The translations under genes and the position numbers were made by a program. A stretch of DNA of 64,000 nt from Glaucostegus cemiculus (Eukaryota): the NCBI GenBank assembly GCA_976551045.1, contig CDPCPM010000103.1, positions 21,700,001-21,764,000 on the forward strand, read 5' to 3'. Under the pieces are notes generated by a model. It did not search any database. It was not told the origin of the DNA and saw only the letters and a list, made by a program, of their open reading frames with translations. Shown here in pieces: positions 12,861 through 25,285 of the stretch. Every line of letters starts with the position of its first letter. The stretch's first letter is position 1.

Positions 12861-13454
12861 CCAATAATGTTTGTTGGTTCATCAATTAGCACTGCATGGA
12901 GTTCAATTTATTTCTGATTCATTGACATAGTTAAGTCAAAAATCTCTTAAACTTAACATCAATTATATTACTCATAAGCCTAAGAACAGAAGGAAACTAC
13001 TCAGCCTATTACATCCAAATCTCTTTGGAAATTATTAACAATTGGTTCTTCTGTCCTGCTCCTTCCCCTACAAATGTTATCTTTCAAAGTAATTATCCAA
13101 TTTCCTTTTGAAAGTTGCAATTGAATCTCCTTACACCACCATTTCACGTGAGACATGACAGATCATAACAATTCACTGTGGAATTTTTAGCTTTTTGCTT
13201 ACCTGCTGATTTTTTTTTTGCTGATGGATTTTTCACATCAGTGTTCAAATATACATCTTCTTGACAGTGGAAGTAGCTTTTTCCTATTCTTTGCATCTAC
13301 AAGTCACAGAGATGAACAGAGTGGATTGAGGTCTCCCATTCTAAGTTCTAGTCTAGAAAACCAAAGCCCTTGACATCTTTCCTATATTTGAAATGGTCAC
13401 CATTTATAAAATATCCCATACAGTCAGAATGACATTGATGAAAATTTGCCATTT

Positions 13455-14150
13455 TAACTTTTTAATTCCTGTTTTCAAGTTCCTCCTTGGCCTTACAGTT
13501 TGTGATCTGTATCTTCCTCCAGCCCCTTCAACCTCCTGAGACCTTTATACTCCCCCTATTATGGCAGGCACAGTAGCACAGTGGTTAGCACAATGCTTTA
13601 CAACACCAGCAACTCGGGTTCAAATCCGGCCACTGTCTGTAAGGAGTTTTTACGTTCTCCCTATGTCTGTGTGGGTTTCCTCCCACATTCCAAAAAAAGA
13701 TGTACAGTTTAGGAAGTTATGGGCATGCTATGTTGGCGACGGAAGCGTGGCGACACTTGCGGGCTGCCCCCCAAAATCACCATGCAAAAGGTATATTTCA
13801 CTGTGTGTTTCGATGTACATGTGACTGATAAAGTCTTGTCTTATCTTATCAATTCTGTTTTCATCTAGTTCTGACCTTTTGAGAAATCTGAATTTTATTC
13901 CTTCACCATCACCTGCTGAATTTTCCATTGGTTACTTAGTCCTTTGTACTCCAATTCCCACCAAAATCTCTTCACTTCCCAAGCTTTCTCTCCTCCATTA
14001 ACATGGCCCTTATATGTACCTCTTTGACCAAGCCTATGATCATCGTTCCTATTAACTCCTAAGCAACTCGGCATTAACTATTGTTTGAGTAGGCTTTTGT
14101 GGTGTTAGGATATTTTACTACATTAAAGGAACTATATGAAAATAAGTTAC
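13455..14150 (+). mobile_element. L2-like LINE 3' end interrupted by V-SINE A
   Basis: cctccagccccttcaacctcctgaga...acctctttgaccaagc...ttttactacattaaaggaactatatgaaaataagtt. Confidence 0.65.
13562..13850 (+). mobile_element. V-SINE family A, near full length
   Basis: ggcaggcacagtagcacagtggttagc (A box), gggttcaaatcc (B box), tail gtcttatcttat. Confidence 0.9.
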
Positions 14151-14279
14151 TGCAGCAGAACCTCACCCATGTAAAAAGTGATGTACACTTGCATACAGAT
14201 GACGAGTGACGAAAAGCTTCTAAAACTCACCGCCATACCTCTTCGGAGTAGGATTGCCAGTTTTTCTCTTATTTCACTG

Positions 14280-14600
14280 TGGATGGCAAGGTAGCACCAT
14301 AAGATGTGTTGTAACTTCGCTCAGCCAATGAATCGTACTTGAACTTGTCTATGTCTATGTGGAGTTTGCACATTCTTTTTGTGACTGTGTGGGTTTCTCC
14401 AGGTGCTTCAGTTTCCTCCCCCATCCCAAGGACATGTTAGATGGTAGCTTAAATGGTTACTGCAAAGTGCCTCTATTGTGGGTGGGTTGTAGGCAAATCA
14501 GGGTAGAGTTGATTCCCCTACCATTCACCTACAATGGAAACAAGTGGGGAAATGGGATTTTTGGGATTGCACTAAGAACTGATAGAAGGCCGGCTGGGAT
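14280..14600 (+). mobile_element. HE1-like V-SINE, decayed
   Basis: gtctatgtggagtttgcacattct...gtgggtttctccaggtgcttcagtttcctcccc. Confidence 0.75.
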
Positions 14601-15289
14601 ATGGAAATATGAAACTTCATTTATCCACACTTATCTCTTCACCCATGATTTGTTGCTTCTTTTAATAAATGCGAAGCTTGTACTAGTCAGCTGCAGAAAA
14701 TTTGAGCAGACAACAATATGATGCTGAAATGTGATAATGGAAACATGACTAGCCCACAATCTTTCAGGTGACTTGATAAAGAAACAAATTATGATTAAGT
14801 TATACTGTCTAACTTGAAATCCAAACCTTGCAAAAAAGAATAGTTTGTATTCTGGTAAATAAGTGCTGACGTAATCAAAAATTTGTCCCTGGTGGAGCAA
14901 AATGAATGCTTATCTCCTGACTCATAATGTGCACCACTGCAAACATGGGGAGATAAATCAGGGGAACTTCATCAGTGTCAAACCCACTGTCTGCAGCAAC
15001 ACAGACTTGACCAAAATCCTTAAGATTTGCAATTCAAAGGACTCTGTGAACATAGATAATTCAGCAGGATCAATGAAGGTTCACAGCTGTCCACACAGCT
15101 CTGAATCCTCGGTTTCTTTTCAGTGCCTGGCGACTGTCTTGCTGACATTCTCCTGCTGAGGGACATGGGAAGATAAGACCATTCGGTTTTTCTATCACTG
15201 GAGAGGGGGTTGTAAGGGTAATTGAGCAACTGCAGTTTGGGAGAAGATCTGGCTACAGTTTGCACTAAACTATGCAAATGTGGGATATG

Positions 15290-15660
15290 ATAGTGCAGTG
15301 GCTGAGTTACTGGACCACCAATCCAAAGCCCTGAACCAATGATCTAGTGACAAGTACATTAATCTCAACCGCAGCAGTCAGGGAATTTAGATTCAAGCAA
15401 TTAAATAACCTGGAATTAAAAATATTATCAGTAATGATAACTATGACAAAATGGAAATATTGGGTAAAGACCAATCTAGTTCTCTAACATGGTTCATGCC
15501 ATCTTTAATTTGTCTGTCTCAATGTGACCCTATGCCTCCCATGTTGTTGATTCTTTATTGCTACCTCAGTTCAAGGGCAATTAAGAATGGGCGATCAATG
15601 CAACAATGCCAATGACATCCACATTCTGTGAATGTCCATGTTCCATGTCCATGAATAATA
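15290..15660 (+). mobile_element. Older SINE family C (abundant elasmobranch type)
   Basis: Shares layout and 3' part (ctcagttcaagggcaattaagaatgggc...catccacattctgtgaatg) with 35685-36020 and 43490-43825. Confidence 0.65.
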
Positions 15661-15874
15661 TTTTTTGGAAACGTCAGCTTCTTTACCAATTCATGACCTT
15701 TGCTCATTATCCATGGGCATCTATTAACTGCTTTGGTATCAACTGGAAAGAGAAGGATAATTTGAAAATAAAATCTACAAAGGTATGTCTGATCCAAGCA
15801 ATTTAATGGTGTCAGAGCAATCTATTAAGGAAGTTATCATGGCTTCTACGATTTAAAAAAAATTAACCCTCCTT

Positions 15875-16080
15875 ATTCAAAAGGTTGTAAATCTTTGAGA
15901 TTATCTACCCAGAGTGCTCAGTTATTGAATAGATTCAAGAGTAACATCAAAAGATTTTTGAGCACTATAAGAATCCAGAGATATGGGATCAGGAGAGAAA
16001 GTGGACAAGATCAGCTATGATCATATCAAAAAATGGAGCAGGCTGAACCACGGTTTACTCCTGCTCCTACTTCTCAGGTT
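15875..16080 (+). mobile_element. CR1 3' end, decayed
   Basis: aggttgtaaatctttgag...agatcagctatgatcat...tttactcctgctcctac. Confidence 0.6.
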
Positions 16081-16286
16081 CATCTGATGTTAAGGAAACC
16101 AACACTATTCACTTCCTCTAAGTAAGTTGTAAAACATGTTGTTGGTTCAGGCTTCTGGTTGCAGTGCTGAGGTGAAAAGTATCAGTCAGGCAGAGTTCAG
16201 AGAAGAAATTCAGAAAGGAAGCAGGGAAGCTCCCCACTCCGGTCCACTTTAATCCCTGTCATAACAAACAAAAAATACATTTTTAG

Positions 16287-16580
16287 GATAAGATAAGATA
16301 TCTTTATTAGTCACATGTACATTGAAACACAGAGTGAAATACATCTTTTTGTGTAGTGTTCTGGGACAGCCCTCAAGTATTGCCATGCTTCTGGCGCCAA
16401 CATAGCATGCCCACAACTTCCTAACCCATACGTCTTTGGAATGTGGGAGGAAACCAGTGAACTCGGAGGAAACCCACGTAGACGCGGGGAGAACGTACAA
16501 ACTCCTTACAGACAGCGGCCGGATTTGAACCCGGGTTGCTGACGCTGTAAAGCGTTATGCTAACCGCTACACTACCATAC
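16287..16580 (-). mobile_element. V-SINE family A, best-preserved copy
   Basis: Reverse: gtagtgtagcggttagcataacgctttacagcgtcagcaacccgggttcaaatccggccgctg; many CpGs kept; (atctt)n tail. Confidence 0.92.
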
Positions 16581-16789
16581 CATTGGAAGTTCTTTCATAA
16601 ATATACTTTGGATTTTACAAAGAAAAATCACCACAAATGAATCTGATGCAACCAGGGGCAATTTTATGAGCTAAGCTTCATCCATTGGCAAATCAACTGG
16701 CCAATTACATAGAGATCAACTCTTTACACGTGTTCACAATGTCTACTTGAAAGGTTTGCAATGCTCAATGGATTTACTGAATACCATTA

Positions 16790-17365
16790 ACCATAGTCAT
16801 AGAGCCAAAATGCACAGAAACAGTCCCTCAGCCCAACCAGTCCATGCCGACTAAGATGCCCGTATAAGCTAGTCCCAGTTGCCCACATTTGGCCCATATC
16901 CCCATAAGCCTTTCCTATCCATGTACCTATCCAACTGTCTTTTAAATGTTGTTAATGTATCTGCCTCAACCAATTCCTCGGCAGCTCATTCCATATACGG
17001 AGCACATTCTGGGTGAAAAGTTGCCCTTCAGGTTCCTGTTAAATTGCTCCCCTCTCACCTTAAAAATATGCCCGCTAGTTCTTGATCCCCCATTCCTGGG
17101 AAAAAGACAGAGTGCATTCACCCGACCTATGCCCACCATGTTCTTTATACACCTCTATAAAATCACCCCTCATTCTTCTACGCTCCAATGGACAAACTCT
17201 AAACCTGCTCAACCTCTCTCTATAACTCAGTCCCCTGAATCCTGGCAACATGCTCAAAATCTTTTCTGCACTCTTTGCTGTTAATGACATCTTTCCGATA
17301 GTAAGGTGACCAAAACTGAACACAATATTCCAAATGCAACCACACCAACATCTTGTACAATTGAA
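16790..17365 (-). mobile_element. CR1 LINE 3' fragment
   Basis: ORF 17075-17389 MLPGFRGLSYRERL..RRRMRGDFIEVYK; CR1 tail. Confidence 0.88.
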
Positions 17366-17894
17366 AGTCATTGAAAGTGTGATAGCCAACTGTTAGATCA
17401 CTGGAATCTTCCTGAGGCCATGGGCATGATGCTCACTATTTGTTCATTAATTCCATTCATTGATTAATGCGCATTTGTTCATTGAACATTTGTTCATTTT
17501 ATTTATTGATGGACCATCAAGTGAGAAGAGCCCCAGAAGAGAGAAAGGATCACTCAGATTTTGTAAGCTGGACTGTCTTTTGTGCCTAATAGTCATATTA
17601 TAGTGAGGGACTCTCATTTTTGGGAGGCTTGGTAGCATTTACTCAACTTGTGATATGCAGCTTAATGCCACTCCTCCCAGCCCAGTGGTCGTTCCATCAA
17701 GTGGCTGAAGGGGCCTCTGTTCTTAATAATCCACTGATGATTGATAACCCACATGTTGTCAGCACTGAGGGCTACGTTACTCATCCTATAATGACTGGAG
17801 GAATTCTTAGCCGCAACTGTTTGAACTCATAACACAATAATAAGATATTATTGCTGAGCAATCTGGTAATTGACTGGCCATCACATACCTTCTT

Positions 17895-18492
17895 TATAGC
17901 ATAGAAAGAGGCTATTTGGCCCATTGAGTCTATGCCAACAATCCCTTCAATCCTATCCCTTTACATATTTCCCTGCAACCCATTCTCTCTTACATGCTTA
18001 TCAATTTCATCTTGATTCTACCACCCACCCACACTAGGAATAATTTACAGTAACAGATTAACCTACCTAATGAATCTTTGGGATGTGGGAGGAAACTGGA
18101 ACAGCTAGTGGAAACATGCAGTCACAGGGGCAACATGCGTAGCAGTTAGTGTAACGCTATACTAGTGCCAAAGACCCGGGTTCAATTCTGGCCGCTGTCT
18201 GTAAGGAGTTTCTACGTTCTCGCCGTGTCTGTGTGGGTTTCCTCCGGGTGTTCCAGTTTCTTCCCACATTTCAAACATATGGTCAGGAAGTTGTGGGCAT
18301 GCTATGATGAAAGCGTGGTGACACTTGCGGGCTGCCCCCAGAACACTCTATGCAAACGATGTATTTTGCTGTGTGTTTCGATATACATGTGACTAATAAA
18401 GATATCTTATCTTATTTTATAAACTCCACACAGATGAGGGTCAAACCTCGGCTGCTGAATCTGTGAGGCAGCAGCACCAGCTGCTGTGCCAT
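17895..18492 (-). mobile_element. HE1-like V-SINE interrupted by V-SINE A
   Basis: Tail at 17895-17940, core tttgggatgtgggaggaaactgg, resumes aaactccacacag...ctgtgaggcagcagc. Confidence 0.8.
18139..18415 (+). mobile_element. V-SINE family A
   Basis: gtagcagttagtgtaacgc...gacccgggttcaattctggccgctg...taataaagatatcttatcttat. Confidence 0.9.
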
Positions 18493-20289
18493 GGTACCAT
18501 CCGAGTTTCCTTTCTAATGTTTATGAGTCTCCAGGAAATGAGTCTCCAGTTCATCTTTAGCTTAAGACCTTTGTGAATTTTGCAGGCAATGAACCCAAAG
18601 CAAAAACGTCTTCTGTCATTTTATCAATCAAATTTGTACAGGAAGCCAACCCAAATGGCTGGGATTCAATTCATCCCTCAGAAAGGTGAAAAGAGCGCGA
18701 ATAAATGAGTTTGAGAAGCCTTGACTGAAAATCTAAGGCACAAACTGAACCATATTATGACACTGATTCATGTTGAACTGACGGCCTCAGTCAGAAATCC
18801 CATAAAGATGACTGGTGTGGAAAACAGAAATGTCACAGTGAAATGGTAAGGGTGTCTTTCCAGCTTTTTGCTTGTTACATTGCTAAGGTATTCTTAAGGA
18901 AGGTTTTAGCCAGTGCTGCATTGAAGCTGGGCAGTTTAATTCTAAAATTAGTATCATAAAATACAACTATTCCCTTCCAATATCATGCGTCAACTTGATG
19001 AATTTAAAAAAATAAAACATTTTTATTATGAAGGTAAAATTATACTCTCAGATGGTATTTCTCTGAAAGATCAGCATATTTCCATGCCTTGCACGAATCC
19101 TAACACGCTCTCTGTATGTCGACCAGTTAATGATGCATTCTCTAGGAGTGCCTGCAAATAGCAATGCACTCTCAGGGATGTCTTCCTGTCCTGCCAAACA
19201 CTGAGCTCTTTTTCCAACAGAAAGCATTATTGGTGCATAGTAATTTTTATCTTGGAGCACTTCCTTTATTAGCATACAATTTCAGGAATAACACCAGATA
19301 AGTCACGTAAAACAGAATAGCACAGAAATATGATGATTCATGCAGACATAATGGGTTGAATTGTTGCCTTCTGTGCTCTGCCTTATCCTTTTGAAACTTT
19401 CTGTTTCTAATCCTCCATTTTATAAACCTGTGCCTTAATACATCGACATTATTGAGCATGATCCATCATTCAAGTGACACTGACTTTGTCAACTTCGAAC
19501 CTCTTGTTGATAAAGATAACAACTCTGACTGCCTTTCAGATTTCCAAAATCCTTTTAACCTGAAGCCTTCAATTCCAATGAGTTGCTATTAACTCCAATT
19601 CCCAAACTACCAATAGGTTGGATTCTTCTTATTCTGACCTTAACAAAAGCACTAGAGAGAATTAGCCTCAAACATTAATCCTCTTCACCTTTGACTGCTG
19701 AACCATCAGAAGGTGTAATTACATTTTTATTTAAAAAGTTAAAGAATTTAAGGTTCGAGTATTGGAACATTACATCTTGCCACATTTGAGAGAAGGACAT
19801 CATTGACCTTCCTGTTTCAGCCATGTGATTCTTAGTTTTGGAACTGAAGTCATACGGTATTGACTGATAATGCTTGATAGACTAATCCAATGGTTTGGTG
19901 AGAAATGCATAAAGTCCTAAGGATTAGTACTCATTCCAGTGAATTGTAAGATCGCTCATGCATAAAAAAATAGCTAAAAATTTATAGTATGGCAATCATA
20001 GATCTCAATGTTGCAAAGCAGAGAAGAGAAACTGAGAAACAGTATTAAAGGGACAAAGGGTATAGTGCACATCTGTTCGTTGCCAAAGGAAGTACAACTT
20101 TAAGATTGTTACTGTAAAAGATCTCTGAATTCCATATTATTATGTGTGCACTGCTTTAAATACTGTAACATGCAACCGATTGCTCTTGGTCCCTGCATGA
20201 TTACTCCTATCTATTTCCATTGACTTATTCGCATCCATTTATATTTGCAAGATATCTCATTCCAACCACACATCTTGTCCATAATACTT

Positions 20290-21280
20290 GCAATGCCTTG
20301 AAAGGGATAATTGGATTGGGCAGAGTCAGCATGGATTTGTGAAAAGAAAAGTACATTTGACTAAGTCTGCTGGAGTTCTTTGAGGATGTCACTAGTAAAA
20401 TAGATGAGGTGAAACCGGTAGATGTGGTGTATTTGGATTTTCAAAAGGCTCTTAATAAAGTCTTGTGCAGAAGGTTGATAAAGGAAGTTAGAGCACATGG
20501 AGTTCTTCCCAAGATTGTTGACAATACTAAATTAGGCAGGATGTAAGTATGGAGGAGGACATAAAGAGATTTGAAGGGGTTATGGGCAAGCTGAGTAACT
20601 GGGCGAGAACATGGCAAATGCAATATAAGGTGAAACATGTAAGATTATATACTTTGGTGCAGATAATAGAAAAGCAGAGTATTTGTTAAGTAGTGAAAGA
20701 CTGAGTAGTGTTAACATTAAAAGGAACCTAGAACCTTTTTGAAAATGCACCTGAGTACTTTGTACTAGTTTGGCCTCCTTAACTAAGAGAAGATGTATTT
20801 GTCACTGAGGGAGTACAACGAAGATTCTGTGGACTCATTCCAGTGATGGTGGTTTTACCATATAGAGAGAGACTGAGTAGACTGGTACTTTATTCTCTGG
20901 ACTTTGAAAGAATGAGAGGAGATCTCATCAAAACACACAAAATCTTTAAAGGGGTTTACAGGTTAGATGTGGTGGGGATGTTTGAATGAGAGGCACAGTT
21001 TGAGAATAAGATATAAGTTATTTAAGACTAAGATGAGTTTTTTTTTATCATTCAGAGGGTTGATGAACAGTTACAATTCTCTACCCCAGAGGGCTGCGGT
21101 GGATCATTTGTTGTTTGTTCAAAACACAGATCAGTTTCTGGATGTTAAGGGAATTAAAGGATAGAGCTGAAAAATAGTGCTGAGGTAGATGATAGTGCAG
21201 AATCATGATCTTGATGAATGAGAGATCCACTAAAATGGCTGAATGGTCTGCTACTGTTCCTATACCTTAATTTCTTGTGT
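20290..21280 (+). mobile_element. CR1 LINE RT to 3' end, decayed with deletions
   Basis: SQHGFVKRK..LLEFFEDVT..VDVVYLDFQKA; RMRGDLIK; CR1 tail. Confidence 0.85.
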
Positions 21281-21354
21281 TCTTCACTTCTAAGCCACAT
21301 TGGTCATATGTTCCCTGTTCTGCCTTTTATCTTGTGCCTTATCAGGCATAAGGG

Positions 21355-22082
21355 CATACAGCTGGTTGAGTGGTTTTGCAACAATAACATCCCACTCAAC
21401 ATCAGCAAGACCAAAGAACTGATTGTGGATCAGGAGAACACACACCAGTCCTCACTGAGGGGTCAGCAGTGGAAAGGGTGAGGATCTTCAGGTTTCTGGG
21501 TGTCAACATCTTGGAGGATCTATCCTCGGCCCAACGCATTGATACAATCATGATGTAGGCATGCCAGTGGCTCTACTTTGTTAGACCAAAGACTCTTGCA
21601 AATTTCTATAGATGTATGGTGGAGAGCATTCTGTCTGGTCGCACCACCACCTGATGTGGACACTCCAAGGCACAGGATCACAAGAGGCTGCAGAGGTTTG
21701 TAAACTCAACCAGCTCCATCATGGGCACAACTGTCCCCACCATTGAGAATATCTTCAAGTGGTGGTGCCTCAAGAGGGCGGTATCCAACATCAGGGATCT
21801 TCACTATCTGGGACATGCCCTCTTCTTGTTACTACCATTGGGGAGGAGGTACAGGAGCCTGAAGACCCACACTCAACGATTTAGGAACATCTTCTTCCCC
21901 TCTGCCATCAGATTTCTGAACGGTCTATGTACCCATGAACACTACTTTGTTTTTAATTTTTTTGCACTATTTATTTATTTTGTCATTTATAGTCATTTCA
22001 CGTCTTTGCACTGTAATGGTGTTGCAAAACAAATTTCATGACATATAAGTTAGTGGTAGTAAACCTGATTCTGATTCTGATC
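21355..22082 (+). mobile_element. Rex1/Babar-like LINE 3' part
   Basis: LNISKTKELIVD; ORF 21721-22041 LLPLGRRYRSLKTHTQRFRNIFFPSAIRFLN; tail cctgattctgattctga. Confidence 0.88.
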
Positions 22083-22565
22083 ACATGTGTTTCCTTCTGT
22101 TGGCCATCCAACCTTTCTAATCTGGCTTTGATTGGTTTGGCAACTTTTTAGAATTAAATCTATCTCATGTAGTAGCCATTCCCCCAGGGTCCACAAGTAA
22201 TCCAATCTCTGAAGTGGGAGTTCCTTCAAATCTGAGGAACTGAAGTTATCACCTTACAGCCCTAGCTCCATCAAGAAAGTATCAAAGGATTCTCCCTGGT
22301 CTTGACTGAGAGAACAGAATGAGTAATAGTCAACTGTATCATTTCAAGATGGGTTGCAATGTACTTGTGGTGCGTCTAATGCAATCTTGTGTTCTCATTT
22401 GAAGGCTTTATGGCATGGTAAAATTCTCTATCCTGTGGCTAGTAAGATATAATAGCATCTTTATTTTTGCCTGCTCTGGTTTATTCTGTATACCCAGCTC
22501 CATACATAGGATAAAGTTTGTTCTCCATTCTTTGGACGGTTAGACATCAAGAGAAGACAGCACAA

Positions 22566-23420
22566 ATGGTTCTAGTGGGATATGTGGAAAAACTTGGGAA
22601 ATACAATGAAGCATTTTGTGTTTGCCTGGAGTGTTTGAATATGTTTCTCACAACAAACAACTTTGTTGAGTGCATGTCATGTTCTATATATGGAAAATGG
22701 TCATTTTGTTAGTGGAGGTGGGCTCCAACACTTCCACAACAGTACAAACTTGATGGCACCACAGAGTGTAATAGATGTTCTACTTGATGAGATTGTTGAG
22801 AATTTCAGTTACAATTCTGGCATGTAACCAGATATCAGATGAGACAATGGGGATTAAACTGTCAGTCTGAGGGACTTAGCAAGACAGTGTCATTTCAGAA
22901 TGTTCTTGCACAGAGTGTTGTGGGAGAGATAAGTGTGTGGATTGAGTAACGAGAGAATTCAGACCAAGTTCTTCAATATGCAAGCTCTTACTTTTAAGAA
23001 GGCAAAAAGAATTGTGATTTCAATAGAGACACAAGAGACTACAGATGCTGGAATCTGGAGCAAAACAAAAGGCACTGGAAGAACTCAACGGGTCAGGCAG
23101 CATCTATGGAGGGAAATGGGCAGTTGACGTCAACTGTCCATTTCCCTCCTTTGACGCAGCCTGACCCTCTGAGTTCCTCCAACACCCTTTGTGGTTTCAA
23201 TAGAAGTGTCACTGAAAAATGTAAAGGATTTCTGAGAGGCAGGAAAACTGCAGGCTATATGAGTGCAAAGGTTGAGAAGCACCGTTACTGTGTCAGGGAA
23301 ATCATTCAACTTCTGTCAGTCCTTTTAAAGAAATTTGCTATTACAATAAGATCAGACATCAGCCAACAGAACATGATTGACATAAACATTCAGATGCAAA
23401 GAAATACACCCAGTGGACTT
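22566..23420 (+). mobile_element. Gypsy-type LTR retrotransposon gag remnant, highly decayed and interrupted
   Basis: MVLVGYVEKLGKYNE..LECLNMFLTTN, SLRDLARQCHF, VCGLSNERIQTKFFNMQALTFKKA resemble fish Gypsy Gag (VCGLxxExIQxxLLxExxLTFxKA). Confidence 0.65.
23028..23188. mobile_element. Penelope-derived fold-back insertion with 16-bp target duplication
   Basis: Arms around cagttgacgtcaactg; flanks ttgtgatttcaataga (23012-23027) and ttgtggtttcaataga (23189-23204). Confidence 0.8.
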
Positions 23421-23427
23421 AACACTG

Positions 23428-23548
23428 AGGCACAAGAGACTGTAGATGCTGGAAAAACAAATTGCTGGAGGGACTCAGTGCATCAAACAGCATCTGTGGG
23501 GGGAAAATAAATGTTGATATCTCAGGTTGAGACCCTGCACCAGGACAT
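23428..23548 (-). mobile_element. Penelope-derived short repeat
   Basis: cacaagagactgtagatgctgg...caggttgagaccctgcaccaggac. Confidence 0.7.
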
Positions 23549-23684
23549 TGATCCTTTTCAGCACCTACTCTTGAAAGATGAAGCTAACACAGGGGAAAAG
23601 AGGTGCAGAGCTGCCAATAATTGTCCCTGATTTTATCCAGAACCTGATAGTGTTAGGAATAGACTGAATTAAGGAACTAAGGTT

Positions 23685-23965
23685 TAGCAGCTATGATACA
23701 TCTGGATGGGATGCTTTCCATGGTGCACGTATAAACATTGATGAAGGTCAACAGGGACATGCTGAATTTCTTTAGCAGCCTGGTGCATTTTCTTGGCCAC
23801 GGCGCCTATGTTGTTGGACCAGGACAGGCTATTGGTGATGTTTACTCCTAGGAACCTGAAGCTCTCAGCCATCTCGTCCTCAGCACCATTGATGTAAACA
23901 GGAGCGTGTGCACCACCCCACTTCCTGAACTCAATGACCAGCTCTTTTGTTTTGTTTACGATGCA
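23685..23965 (-). mobile_element. Rex1/Babar-like LINE RT fragment
   Basis: ORF 23684-23872 ESFRFLGVNITNSLSWSNNIGAVAKK; TKELVIEFRK upstream. Confidence 0.8.
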
Positions 23966-24278
23966 TTATAGGCTGTCTCAAAATATCCGAGGCTAGAACA
24001 AAGCTCGCAGAACCAGCAACAAATACAGGCTAGTGGCAGCAAACAGCAATCTAACAGCTAAGGGGATTGATGTGGAGGGAGGAGACAGCCATTCTGAAGA
24101 GAGATGAGTGGAAATTATAGGATGTAAGTGGATTTGATTGTACAACTTACAACCTGGGCCATTGGAGCCAGTTCCAGTAGAGGCTGGGGTCATGGAGTTG
24201 TGAGAGGTTGAAGCAATAAGGTCCTGTGACCAGCAGCATACAAAGAATCAAGAAATGGTTACTAGTGAGCATTAGTAA

Positions 24279-25285
24279 GGTCGGTGACCAGTGCTGTACC
24301 TCAGGGATCTATTCTGGGACCCTTACTCTTTGTGATTTTTATAACTGACCTGGATGAGGAAGTGGAGGGGTGGGTTAGTAAGTTTGCGGATGACACAAAG
24401 GTTGGATGTGTTGTGGATAGTATAGAGGGCTGTCAAAGGTTACAGCAGGACATAGATAGGATGCAAAGTTGGGCTGAGAAGTGGCAGATGCAGTTCAACT
24501 CAGCTAAGTGTGAAGTGGTTCATTTTGGTAGGTCAAATAAGATGGCAGAATATAGTCTTAATGGTAAGATTCTTGGCAGTCTGGAGGATCAGAGGGATCT
24601 TATGGTCCGAGTCGATAGGACACTCAAAGCAGTTGTGCAGGTTGACTTTGGTTAAGGTGGCATATGGTGTATTGTCCTTCATCATTCGTGGAATTGAACT
24701 TAGGAGCTGAGAGGTAATGTTGCAGCTATATAGGACCCTGGTCAGACCCCACTTGGAACACTGTGCTCAGTTCTGGTCACCTCACTACGGGAAGGATGTG
24801 GAAGCCATAGAAAGGGTGCAGAGGGGATTTACAAGGATGCTGCCTGGAATGCGGAGCGTACCTTATGAAAGCAGGTTGAGGGAACTCGGCCTTTTCTCCT
24901 TGGAGTGAAGGATGATGAGGGGAGACCTGATCGAGGTATATAAGATGATGAGAGGTATTGATTGGGTAGATAGTCAGAGGCTTTTCCCAAGGGCTGAAAT
25001 GGTTGCCTCAAGAGGACATAGGTTTAAGGTGCTATGGAGTAGCTATAGAGGAGATGTTAAGGGTAGGTTTTTTACTCAGTGTGGTGAATGTGTGGAATGG
25101 GCTGCCGGCAACAGTGGTGGAGGCGGATACAATAGGGTCTTTTAAGAGACTGTTGGATAGGTACATGGAGATGGGAAAAATAGAGGGCTATGGGTAAGCC
25201 TAGTAATTTCTAGTGTAGGGACATGTTCAGCACAGCTGTGTGGGCCGAAGGGCCTGAATTGTGCTGTAGGTTTTTCTGTTTCTAA
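24279..25285 (+). mobile_element. CR1 LINE, 5'-truncated, fairly young
   Basis: [51 protein letters not shown]; tail gggccgaagggcctg. Confidence 0.95.

Noticed and set aside
13562-13640. tRNA-like A and B boxes as a tRNA gene
   Set aside because: Head of a SINE followed by V core and tail; no complete cloverleaf
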